A DNA stretch of 64,000 nucleotides. It comes from Chiloscyllium plagiosum (Eukaryota). Below the pieces are notes generated by a model. It searched no databases, was not told where the DNA came from, and was given only the letters and a program-made list of their open reading frames with translations. The position numbers were made by a program, and so were the translations under genes. Positions 38,028 to 49,450 of this stretch are shown piece after piece; the first letter of the stretch is position 1; the number at the start of each line of letters is the position of its first letter. Location: positions 54,151,926 through 54,215,925 of the forward strand of contig NC_057719.1 in the NCBI RefSeq assembly GCF_004010195.1, read 5' to 3'.

Positions 38028-41000
38028 AAGACATACAGTCGCATGTTCAGTTTAGCAATTTATTAATTTTTGAAAGTTATCCATACCCTTATTATGGGCT
38101 TAAGGGTCAAAACAAACCATGGAAAATCTAAACAATTTATTCTATTGGAAGTTTTATTCCAGAGAACCTTTTTCATGAGCTACTCCAGATGGCATGTCAA
38201 TCAAAATACCCCAGGAAGAAGGTTTTTTTTGTCAATTTGAAATGATTCTGGGCAATTAAATCACTTTAGATTATTACATTAGAGACCCCAAGAGATGCTT
38301 TGAGCACTTCAAATGCATAAAAGTATTTTTTTACCATTGGGAGTGAGAAAGGTAGCCTAATGTATCAGTACACTTACATAATACTGATCAATTTAACTGT
38401 GAAAATACATTTGCAAAGAAGGTCCTGATTACTGATCACTGCACTAGAAACACATCTAATTTTCAATATAATTTTAACTTGAAACAACTTTTTTTTGGTA
38501 AAAGCATGTGACTGAAAATATTCTAAAGGCAGCTGGGGGTTTTACCTTCCAGTTACCCAAATAAGACTGGAGTTTCCCAATGGTCCAAGTGTGGGGGTTC
38601 TGAAACCATGTTTTCTTACTGAAAAGGCACAAGTCAAAACTAATTGCCGTCAGTGGGGTGAAACTCCACCTTTGAAGTGGACAGCAAAGGGAGGAATTCT
38701 GCATTGGGGGCATATGGGCATAATCCCTGACTGTGAAAATTGTTGAACTCAAAAATGGGGCGGGAATTGCAAAATTCAGTCCTGTGTGGCATTTTTAATT
38801 CCTAGAAGTTCCATTTTGACATGGATGGAGGCACAAAATGCTGTCCATAGAGATCTGGAATGGTCTGGGTATGTACAGACATTGGACAGATTGGACCGTT
38901 CTTAACAGTAGGACTGTAGAATCTGCCAGTTTCTTCCCATTCACCACCAGCACTGCTTAATCAAAGTGTTTGATGCAAAGTCCAGGTCTTTGTTCCCATT
39001 GCTTAAGTGGTATATTACGTATGTCATACCTCATGTGGTTAAACAATTGCGGGCACTTTCTGGAATGTGATAGTTGTTATGAAGGATACAGTGTTAGTAG
39101 GTTATGTGAATATCACTGCATAGTTAGGTGGAAGATTCAATGTGCTGTTATAATGCCAATGGTTGTCAATTACTAAAAACTATGTTTTGAGATAGGATCT
39201 TGACCATTTTTAAAAATCATTACATTTTCTCAGGCACTGGAACCATGTCCTATTCGCATTGCTCTGAATTGGATCCCTTGCCTCCTGCAGGTTTGGATAT
39301 CCCTTCAGCTCTGTAACCTTTCCTACACTGTCGTGCTGTGGAATCTTTGAGTTTCCTCCTTCAGTCCTAGAATCATTTTCTTACATGAGCCCAGTGCATC
39401 TTAGGCCTTCAGTTTGAAACACATGCATACATGCAGATTATAAAGAAAGTTTTTCCAAATGAATGATTGTTTTCAGAACAGTTGGGTTGCCCTTTTAGAC
39501 CCTGCAGGTATTTTAAATCGTTACAATCATCAATTAGCTTCAAGAAAGAATGTTCAAAAAAAGGCTTTCAAACAAGTGTGTTTAAGCGCAACACTTGTTT
39601 CACACCCATTTCATGCTTTCACCAATATAACTCTTTTTAGCTTCACTTTGACTGAATTGAAACTCCAGTGAGTGACCAACACTAGTTTTGGTTGCAGTTG
39701 ATGTTTTGTTTTGACGAGACTATTCCTTCTAAAGGATCACTTATGCGATTTGTGACTGACTGGACCTTGGAAAAGCATAGTCAACATAAACTGCAGCCAT
39801 TAGCAATACTAAGGCCACACACATTGATTCCAGAGGAATATCAGGCAGAAAATTAAAGTAGAGAAAATCTACTCCTGCAATCAAGATAAATTAAGTTAAG
39901 CTTTCAGATGATAAATACTAAATAATGAAACAATGTGATCAAATTACATAATTTTATTCATGTTCTAAACTTATAAACCAAAGCATTGTTTTCTAAACAT
40001 AGGCATCTGAAAAATTACAAAAAAAACAAACTAGCATTTCCATGCCTCATTAATAATTCTTTCATCAAGCAAGTCAGTCCTCATCAACCACGGGATAATC
40101 TGTTTTCATCATTATCGATTTCTTACTGTGGTACAGCTTTACAATTAAACTCCATTTGTCAAAAGTAAAATTATTCTTCAACTTCTTTAAAACGAAGCTG
40201 TAGGGTGATCTCCGAGATCAAAGGGGAGTTTACTTTGTGTCTGGATAGTGATACATTTGCAAGGTGATTACATGGAGCTATTGCCAGTACTTTATGATCT
40301 TTCTCTTCAACTATAACAGTATTCTCAAGACTGATATCTGCAAGGCTGAACAAGATATTGATAATGAAACATTTACCCATACCCATTGCAGATTAGGGTT
40401 TTTGTGGATCTATATTCTTTTCTCCAAAATAAAAGCTATTAATCTGTCTGAGAGAGGATTTATGTGCTTTGTCTTTAAAACTTCGCCTTTTCCACTGTCA
40501 TTTTACTTTAATATTCAGCTGTAAGACCAGGAGAAAAATTGAGGAAACTGGCAGAAGATGTCAGGTGTTTAGCAATTATGGGATGACCAGCAATGTGTCT
40601 CACATGAATCATCAGCTTCAAACATTTGACTTTACTTGATTTGGTGAATGTTTAGTTGGATGAGTACCTGTGATCAACTGAATTACTTTGCCCAAGAATA
40701 TTGATCAGTGCCAAACCTGCCTTGATACAAGATCAATTGTGCTAATACACTTAATGTTCTAGGCTGTTCATAGTGGTGTAAATTGTCAAAGAAAGAATGT
40801 TAACCTGGTCAAGCAAAGCATGAAAGCGATCCACTCATTAATCTCTGGTGTAACTGAGCATTACCTCAGTTTTCAAGGTTTTATCTTGTTTATGACAATA
40901 ATATTCTGTGTATCCCAAAGACTGGGTTTTATACAGAATTGAGCAATGCTTACCATCATGTCTGTGCTCTGCCCAAGAACAGGTCCTTGGCTTATTGCCT

Positions 41001-41654
41001 GCTGATGCTTTATCCTGCAATAGTTAATTGGCAGTTTTTGTCAGGAGCCATTTGCCATTGTTTTCGACATTCAAGATGAAGGGAAGGCGGCAGCTTCCAA
41101 GTCTGCCCCAGCCAGAACAGAATGTGAACTCACGCTTTTCCTGTTATTCTGAATCACTGGCTTACCATCTGGTCAAAAAAAAAAGAAAAGAACTGTTTTC
41201 TACATTCTAAAGGCCACACCCAAATCTGGACATGAGTTAATTCCACCAGCGTAATGTTTTGGAATAGTGAAAAAAATTTACAAATTCATAAATGAAATCA
41301 CCATTTTTTTTTGCAAATGCTATCTTGAGGTCAGCTTTGCTACTTTAAATCCACACCAGCAAAAAAAGAGGCAAAACACTTTTGGGAGTACAAGAAGTAC
41401 AATAGAGATAGAAAGCAAATTTCAAAGCATAGAATGGCACTCCATTGACATTCTGTTAGAATTTCAATTAGTTAAAGAAATTGTTAATCTTTACTTCTTA
41501 GACAAATCAATACTTGATTTTTAAAAAGCACTCATTACATTGGGAAATGAATAAGGAGAACCAAAGTATTTTTGCTATTTGTTATTTCTCATGATTATAA
41601 AAACCTGAAAAGGATTTCTTAATTTTAGAAGATTAACTTAAATATTAGGTTCCC

Positions 41655-41963
41655 TAGAGTATGGAAACAGGCCCTTCGGCACAACAAGTCCACACTGGCC
41701 CTCCGAAAAGTAATCCACCCAGACCCATTCCCCTACATTTACCCCTGATTACTGCACCTTTCACTATGGGCAATTTAGTTTGGCCAATCCACCTAACCTG
41801 CACACCTTTGGAGTGTGAGAGGAAATTGGAGTGCTCGGAGGAAACCCACAGAGACATGGGGAGAATGTGCAAATTCCACACAGACAGTCATCTGAGGCTG
41901 GAATCAAACCCAGGTCCGTGGTCCTGTGAGGCAGCAGTGCTAACCACTGAGCCACCGTGCCAC
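41655..41963 (-). mobile_element. tRNA-derived SINE (HE1-like)
   Basis: Full head (ggcacggtggctcagtggttagcactgctgcctcac on minus), central domain and tail. Confidence 0.9.
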
Positions 41964-42318
41964 CCTCATGAGGTTCAAATTCAGATTAGATTACCTACAT
42001 TGTGGCAACGGGCTCTTTGGCCCAACAAGTCCACACCAACCCTCTGAAGAGCAACCCATCCAGACCCATTTCCTTCTGACTAATGCACCTAATACTGTGG
42101 GCAATTTAGAATGGCCAATTCACCTGACCTGGACATCTTTGGACTGTGGGAGAAAACTGTAGCACCCAGAGGAAACCCAGACACGGGGAGAACATAGAAC
42201 ATAGAACATAGAAAAATACAGCACAGAATAGGCCCTTTGGTCCACGATGTTGTGCTGAGGGTTAACCTAAATGTAAAAGAAAATAACTTAACCTATGCAC
42301 CCTTCAACTCACTGCTAA

Positions 42319-42628
42319 ATTAGATTCCCTACAGTGTGGAAACAGGCTCTTCGGACCAACCAGTCCACACCGACCCTCTGAACAGCAACCCACCCAGTCC
42401 AATTCCCCTAACTAATCCACCTAACACTATGGGCAATTCAGCATGGCCAATTCACCTAACCTGCACATCTTTGGACTGTGGGAGGAAACTAGAGCACCTG
42501 GAGGAAACCCACGGAGACATGGGGAGAATGTGCGTACACCACACAGACAGTCACCCGAGGTGGGAATTGAACTCGGGCCCCTGACACTGTGAGGCAGCAG
42601 TGCTAACCACTGAGCCACCATGCTGCCT
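42319..42628 (-). mobile_element. HE1-like SINE nested in the CR1 3' UTR
   Basis: Full SINE lying between two pieces of the CR1 tail (compare 51590-51702). Confidence 0.88.
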
Positions 42629-44626
42629 AGCCACGTGCATGGCCAGCAGTTGCTTAAATGGCCCTAATGACTTTGCTTCCACCACCATCACTGGCAACGC
42701 ATTCCATGCATTCACGACTTTCTGCGTAAAGAACCTTCCTCTGACGTCCCCTCTATACCTTTCTCCTAATATCTTAAAACTATGACTCCTCTTACCAGTC
42801 AATCCTGCCCTGAGGAAAAGTCTCTAGCTATTGACTGTATCCATTCCCCTCATTATCTTTTACGCCTCGATCAGGTCACCTCTCTTTCTTCTTCTCTCCA
42901 GAGAGAAAAGTCCGAGCTTATTCAACTTTCTTCATAAGACAAGCCCTCCAGTCCAGGGTAGCATCCTGCTAAACCTTCTTTGCACCCTCTCCAAAGCCTC
43001 TGTATCTTTCCTATAGTAGGGCGACCAGAACTGGACACAATATTCCAAGTGTGGTCTCACCAGGGACTTGTAGAGCTGTAGCAAAACTTTGCAGCTCTTA
43101 AACTCGATCCTCCTGTTCATGAAAGCCAAAACATCATATGCTTTCTTAACAATCCTATCCACTTGGGTAGCAACTTTGAGGGATTTATGTACATGCACAC
43201 CAAGATCCCTTTGATCCTCCACACTGCCAAGAATCCTGTCTTTAATCCGATATTCAGCATTTGAGTTTGATCTTCCAAAATGCATCACTTTGCATTTGTC
43301 CAGGTTGAACTCCATCTGACATTTCTCAGCCCCGCTCTGCATCCTGTCTATGTCGTGCTGCAGCCTCCAATAGCCCTCGATACTATCGATGGCACCTCCA
43401 ACTTTTGTGTCATCTACAAATTTACTAACCCACCACTCAACTTCCTCATCCAAGTCATTTATAAAAACTACAAAGAGCAGAGGCCCAAGATCAGAGCCCT
43501 GCGAGATCCCACCTCCAGGCAGAATATTTTCCATCTACAACCACTCTCTGCCTTCTGTCAGCTAAACAATTCTGAATCTAGTTAGCCAAATCTCCCTGTA
43601 TCCCATACTTCTTGACTTTATGAATGAGCCTACCTTGGGGAACCCTATCAAATGCCTTGCTGAAGTCCATATACACCACATCCACTGCTCAACCTTCTTT
43701 GACCTGTCTTGTCACCTCCTCAAAGAACTCAATAAGATTTGTGAGGCATGACCTGCCCCTCACAAAGCCATGCTGACTGCTTTTAATCATGCTATGCTTT
43801 GCCAAATAGTCATAAATCCTATCCTTCAGAATTTTTTCCAAACCTTTGCTGACCACAGACATAAGACTGACTGGTCTGTAATTGCCAGGGATTTCCCTAT
43901 TACCGTTCTTGAAAAGAGGAACAACTTTCGCCTCCTGCCAATCCTCCGGTACGACTCCCGTGGAGAGTGAGGAGGCAAAGATCTTCGCCAGCGGCTTAGC
44001 AACCTCCTTTCTAACTTCCCGGAGCAGCCTAGGATAAATTTGGCCTGGCCCTGGGGACTTATCAATCTTAATGTTTTCCAAAATTTCCAGCACATCAACT
44101 TCATCAATCTTGATCTGTTCAAGCCTGTTTCTCAGTTCCTCAAAGTTCTCATTCACATCAAGGTCCCTTTTCTTAGTGAAAACTGAAGCAAAAAACTCAT
44201 TTAGGGCTACCCTATCTGCTCAGACACCATGCACAAGTTCCCCAGGCTAACTCTGATTGGCTCCACTTTCTCCTTCATCATTCTTTTATTCCTCACGTTT
44301 GAGTAAAAAGCCTTTGGGTTCTCCCTAATCCTTTTTGCCAAGCCTTTTGCGTGCCCCCTCCTGGCTCTCCTCAGTCCATTTCTGAGCTCCTTTCTAGCAA
44401 GCCTGTAATCCACTAAAGCTGTACAAGATCCTTGCTTCCTCCACCTGCCTTCTTCCTTTTGACAAGAAGCTCCTCTGTTCTCATCATCCGAGGTTCCTTA
44501 ATCTTACCCCTTCTTACCTGTCTCAGAGGAACAAATTTGTGTATCAGTTGCAACAACGGCTCCTTAAATAGTCTCCACATGTCTGCTGTGTCCTTTCTGT
44601 GGAACAATTGCTCCAAGTCTGTATTT

Positions 44627-44828
44627 GAAAATGTGTTGCTGGAAAAGCGCAGCAGGTCAGGCAGCATCCAGGGGACAGGAGAATCGACGTTTCGGGCATA
44701 AGCCTGAAGAAGGGCTTATGCCCGAAACGTCGATTCTCCTGTTTCCTGGATGCTGCCTGACCTGCTGCGCTTTTCCAGAAACACATTTTCAGCTCTGATC
44801 TCCAGCATCTGCAGACCTCACTTTCTCC
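44627..44828. mobile_element. Young 202-bp non-coding pLTR hairpin element inserted in CR1 ORF2
   Basis: About 77-bp near-perfect inverted arms plus a tail. Perfect 14-bp TSD ccaagtctgtattt at 44613-44626 and 44829-44842. Confidence 0.92.
44704..44735 (+). ncRNA. Minimal hammerhead ribozyme core
   Basis: CTGAAGA-A-GGGC(TTAT)GCCC-GAAAC-GTC-GATT. The 5' strand of stem I is mostly replaced by the inverted arm. Confidence 0.7.
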
Positions 44829-45584
44829 CCAAGTCTGTATTTCCCAAATCCTGTCATCATTTCCTTTTCCCCAATCAAATATCTTCCCTCAGTAACTGCT
44901 CCTTTCTCTCTCTAAGGCTATGGTAATTGTGTGGCAGTTGTGATCACTGTCACCAAAGTGTTCTCCCACCATGAGATCTGACACCTGTCCTAGCTCATTG
45001 CCGAGCACCAAATCCAAAATGGCCTCTCCCTTTATCGGTCTGTCTACATACTGAGTAAGGAAACCCTCCTGAACATACCTGACAAAAACAACTCCATCCA
45101 AACCATCTGCACTTAGGAGAATGTGCAAACTCCGCACAGACATCACTCAAGGCTAGACTCAAACCTGGACCCCCTGGTGCTGTGAGGCAGTAGTGCTAAC
45201 CATTGGGCCACCATGCCCTTTTTTAGGGATTGCAGATTGCAGACTGTATTATACCGCAGTTATGAAACACCACCCATGTTTAAAGAAAAATGTTTCATCT
45301 ATTTAGAGTTTACAAGACTAAGATTTTAATTAATTGAATCCTTTAAATAGTTTTTTAAAATTATAAAACAAACAATTCGTCAGTTGGATTAAGAAAATTA
45401 GCATATACAGGCTTGAGTTCATGTCCTACCATCGCGGCCAGGTGAAACATGCAACCAATTCAGCAGCAGCAATCAATGCAAAAGCACAGATGTGACCTCA
45501 CTGAAGCTCATTTAGATGAATGGTGTTTGGAAGTGGTCATTATCTCCTTCAAAAGAGCACTTCAGCACACACTCAAAGAACATA

Positions 45585-47074
45585 CTGTCAACTGGAAAAT
45601 GGCTAATGTAACACCCCTGTTAAGAAAGGAGGGAGGCAAAAGACAATAAATTATAGATTGGTTAGCCTGAACTCAGTCATTGATATGATTTTGGAGTTCA
45701 TTAGTAAGGATGAAATTGTGGAGTACAGAACAAACCCGGTTATCCGAACATTGATTATCTGAATTTCTGATTATCCAAACCAGATCTCAAGGTCCTGATG
45801 CTTGCATAATCTGTGTAATCCGAACATTCAATTATCCAAACAAAATGTTCCCCGCCTGTGTCATTTGGATAATTGAGGTTACCCTGTTCTTGGAAGCACG
45901 TGGTAAAGTAGGGCTGAGTCAGCATGGCTTCCTCCAGGAGAGGTCATGTCTGACAAATTTGTTAAAATTCTTTGAGGATGTAACAAGCAAGTTAGACAAA
46001 GGAGAGTGATCTATTTAGATTTCTAGAAAGCCTTTGAGAAGGTGCCATGCAGGATGCTGCTAAATAAGATTAGGACTCATGGGTTAGAGGCAAGGTATTG
46101 GCATTGACAGAGGTTTGGCTGACAGATAGACAGCGCAGAGTGACAATAAAGGATTCTTTTTCAGAATGGTACCATGGACTAGTGGAGTTCAACAGTGTTC
46201 AGTGTTGGGACTACAACTATTCACATTACACATTAACGATTGGGACAATGGACTTGAGGGATTGTTGCTAAGTTTGCAGGTGACACAAAGATAATTGGAG
46301 GGACAGGTAGTGTTGAGGAAGCGGGGAGGCTGCAGAAGGTCTTGGACAGGTTAGGAGAGTGGGCAAACGAGTGGTAGATGGAATACAATGTGGGAAAGTA
46401 GGACGTTATGCACTTTGGTAGGAAGAATAGAGATGTAGACAATTTTCTAAATGGGGAAAAGCTTCAGAAATCTGATGCACAAAGCAAGTTTGGAATCCTA
46501 GTTCAGAATTCTCCTAAGGTTAATGTGCAGGTTCAGTTGGCGGTTAGGATGGCAATTGCAATGACAGCATTCATTTCAAGAAAGCTAGAAAACAAAAGCA
46601 GAGATGTACTGCTGAGGCTGTGTAAGGCTGTGGTCAGACTGCATATGGAATATTGTGAGTAGTTTTAGGTCCTGAATCTAAGAAAGCATGTGTTGGAATT
46701 GGAGAGGATTCAAAGAATATTTGTACGAATAATCCCAGAGGTGAAGGGCTTGTCATGCAGTCTCTTGGTTTGTACTCAATGGAGTTTAGAAAGATGAGAA
46801 TACAGGGAGAATACAGAATACTGAGAGGCCTCAATAGAGAAGGTGGAGAAGGTGGAGAAACTAGAGAGACGAGAGCATGTGATCACAGCCTTAGAGTGAA
46901 GGAATGACCCTTTAGAACTGAGAACAAGGAGGAATTTTTATAGTCAGCGAGTGGTCAATCATTGCCACAGAGGGCTGTGGAGGTTGTCATTGAGTGCATT
47001 TAAGATAAAGATAGATAGGTTCTTAATTGGTAAAGGGATCAAAGGTAGCAGGGAGAATGCAGAAGACTGGGTGT
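45585..47074 (+). mobile_element. Older CR1-clade LINE (RT to 3' UTR), decayed
   Basis: Motifs WKMANVTPL, QHGFLQERSCLTNLLKFFEDVT, KFAGDTK, MHFGRKN and LHMEYC. Confidence 0.9.
45726..45886. mobile_element. Tc1/mariner (Tigger/pogo-like) MITE inside CR1
   Basis: Imperfect TIRs cag..aacccggttatccgaa / ttggataattgaggtt..ctg, with internal ttatccgaa repeats. Inserted at a TA that splits CR1 gagTA|cttggaag. Confidence 0.65.
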
Positions 47075-48546
47075 TCAAAGTTTGTGAGAAGATTTGTAGC
47101 TCGGGTGCTCGTTGTTGTGGTTCTGTTCGCCGAGCTGGGTATTTGTGTTGCAGGCGTTTCGTCCCCTGTCTAGGTGACATCCTCAGTGCTTGGGATCCTC
47201 CTGTGAAGTGCTTCTGTGATCTTTCCTCCGGCATTTATAGTGGTTTGAATCTGCCGCTTCCGGTTGTCAGTTCCAGCTGTCCGTTGCAGTGGTCGGTATA
47301 TTGGGTCCAGATCGATGTGCTTATTGATTGAATCTGTGGATGAGTGCCATGCCTCTAGGAATTCTCTGGCTGTTCTGTGTTTGGCTTGTCCTATAATAGT
47401 GGTGTTGTCCCAGTCGAATTCATGTTGCTTGTCATCTGTGTGGGTGGCTACTAAGGACAGCTGGTCGTGTCATTTTGTGGTTAGTTGATGTTCATGGATG
47501 CGGATCGTTAGCTGTCTTCCTGTTTGTCCTATGTAGTGTTTTGTGCAATCCTTGCATGGGACTTTGTACATTACGTTGGTTTTGCTCATGCTGGGTATCG
47601 GGTCCTTCGTTTTGGTGAGTTGTTGTCTGAGAGTGGCTGTTGGTTTGTGTGCTGTTATGAGTACTAGTGGTCGCAGTNNNNNNNNNNNNNNNNNNNNNNN
47701 NNNNNNNNNNNNNNNNNNNNNNNNNNNNNNNNNNNNNNNNNNNNNNNNNNNNNNNNNNNNNNNNNNNNNNNNNNNNNNNNNNNNNNNNNNNNNNNNNNNN
47801 NNNNNNNNNNNNNNNNNNNNNNNNNNNNNNNNNNNNNNNNNNNNNNNNNNNNNNNNNNNNNNNNNNNNNNNNNNNNNNNNNNNNNNNNNNNNNNNNNNNN
47901 NNNNNNNNNNNNNNNNNNNNNNNNNNNNNNNNNNNNNNNNNNNNNNNNNNNNNNNNNNNNNNNNNNNNNNNNNNNNNNNNNNNNNNNNNNNNNNNNNNNN
48001 NNNNNNNNNNNNNNNNNNNNNNNNNNNNNNNNNNNNNNNNNNNNNNNNNNNNNNNNNNNNNNNNNNNNNNNNNNNNNNNNNNNNNNNNNNNNNNNNNNNN
48101 NNNNNNNNNNNNNNNNNNNNNNNNNNNNNNNNNNNNNNNNNNNNNNNCGTCTTTGTTGATAGGTTCAACGTCCTGTTGTCTGTTATGTCTGTTCAGCAGG
48201 TTGGCTATTGTTTCTCTGGCTAGGGTTTTGTTGATAGAGGTGAACAGTGCCGTTACATCGAATGAGACCATGGTTTCTTCCTTGTCTACGTGTATATTTC
48301 TGATGATGTCCAAGAATTCATGTGTTGATTGTATAGAGTGTCTGGATCCGCTGATCAGGTGTTTCAGTTTCTGCTGTAGTTCTTGAGCCAGGTTGTTGGA
48401 TGGTGTCCCTGTGATACTGTGATACTGTGGGTCTGAGTGGGATGTCTGGTTTGTGTACTTTAGGTAGTCCATAGAATCTGGGGGTGTTGTTGCTTTCAGG
48501 TTTCATTCTTTGTAGGTCAAACCTGGTTATCTGTCCGTTTTTTTCT
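47075..48546 (-). mobile_element. Poseidon-type Penelope element, 5'-truncated (RT, GIY-YIG, pLTR)
   Basis: Motifs PRFYGLPKVHKPDIPLRP, MVSFDVTALFTSI and TNVMYKVPCKDCTKHYIGQTGR. The hammerhead at 47150-47189 has GCC in place of GTC. Gap at 47678-48147. Confidence 0.93.
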
Positions 48547-48547
48547 G

Positions 48548-48680
48548 TATTCCTGATGAAGGGCTTTTGCCCGAAACGTCAATTTTACTGCTCCTCGGAT
48601 GCTGCCTGAATTGCTGTGCTCTTCCAGCACCACTAATCCAGAATCTGGTTTCCAGCATCTGCAGTCATTATTTTTACCTC
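48548..48680 (+). mobile_element. Neptune-type pLTR with hammerhead, fused to the 5' end of the Poseidon copy
   Basis: TTC-CTGATGA-A-GGGC(TTTT)GCCC-GAAAC-GTC at 48550-48580. The rest matches the reverse complement of 30561-30660. Confidence 0.88.
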
Positions 48681-48859
48681 CTTGAGCTGTGGTGGAGCAG
48701 AGTATAGGACTATTGAAGATGTATTGTCACTGCCTGGTCCACTCTAGGGGGGATGGGATTTGGGAAGCTGGTGGTAGTGACCAACAGTATATTCCAGACA
48801 GTGAGCCACATCATGGTGACATGCTGTCTTCTGCATAAATGGAATAGTTGTCACACATA

Positions 48860-49450
48860 CCGACATATAGTGAAAAGTGTTGCTTTGCATGCTAACCAAT
48901 CAAATCATACCTTATTTAAGTACATCAGGGTAATAGAATATAGCATTACAGCTACAGACAAGATGCAAAGAAATATCACCTCTAATATATGAAAGGTCCG
49001 CTCATAAGTCTAACAAAAGTGGAGAAGAAGCTGTTCGAAAATGCATATCCTCGCTTACTCTGTGCTGCTCCCCTGATTTCAACCTAATGTTTACGTTTGG
49101 AGAGCACAATGTTCCAGATATCCTGATCAAGGTCAGATATCTTCTTTCCATCCCAGATTGGAGAAAAAAAAACACACACTTCCCTTTGGAGGAGGTTCCA
49201 TGTGAATTTCTGGATCAGGTGTGTTCCCAGCTGAAGCAGTTTAGACCTGGTAAGTGTTTTTAAATTGTGTATCATCTACCCAATGGAAGAAGTGGAAAAG
49301 AGTATAACTAGGGTCGACAAGTCTTTGATTGTGTTGGATGCGTTGCTGGGGCATCAGGGAGTGTAAATGGAGTCAGTGGAAAGAAGGCTGGTTTTTTGTG
49401 ATGGACTGGGTTGCATTCACAACTCTCTGTAATTTCTTGCAGTCTTAGGC
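48860..49450 (-). mobile_element. Old LINE 3' fragment (Rex1/L2-like), interrupted at 49037-49245
   Basis: gaagaagctgttc|...|gtatcatctacccaatggaaga: minus strand gives an LPLGR/LPSGR-like C-terminal motif. The clade is tentative. Confidence 0.45.

Larger units (their letters stand above)
42190..45114 (-). mobile_element. CR1-clade (HER1-like) LINE, 5'-truncated ORF2 with stops and frameshifts
   Basis: ORFs give LDLVLGNE..GEHFGDSDHN (APE), KSPGP, PGNYRPVSL, QHGFVRGRSCLTNL, QGS.LGPLLF..FINDL, KFVDDTK and RPHLEYCVQFWSP. (aacatag)n tail at 42191-42211. Confidence 0.95.
41983..45218 (-). mobile_element. HE1-like SINE split in two (41983-42192 and 45115-45218) by a CR1 insertion
   Basis: The left half ends acacggggagaa. 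The right half resumes ggagaatgtgcaaactcc...gccaccatgccc. ggagaa is duplicated. Confidence 0.85.

Noticed and set aside
38565..38782. Possible Harbinger-derived MITE (gactggagttt...aaaattcagtc)
   Set aside because: Terminal inverted match is too short and degenerate, and there is no clear TSD.
40171..40340. Possible minus-strand terminal exon (DISLENTVIVEEKDHKVLAIAPC...)
   Set aside because: A plausible acceptor and about 55 open codons, but no recognisable protein and no linked exons; consistent with chance.
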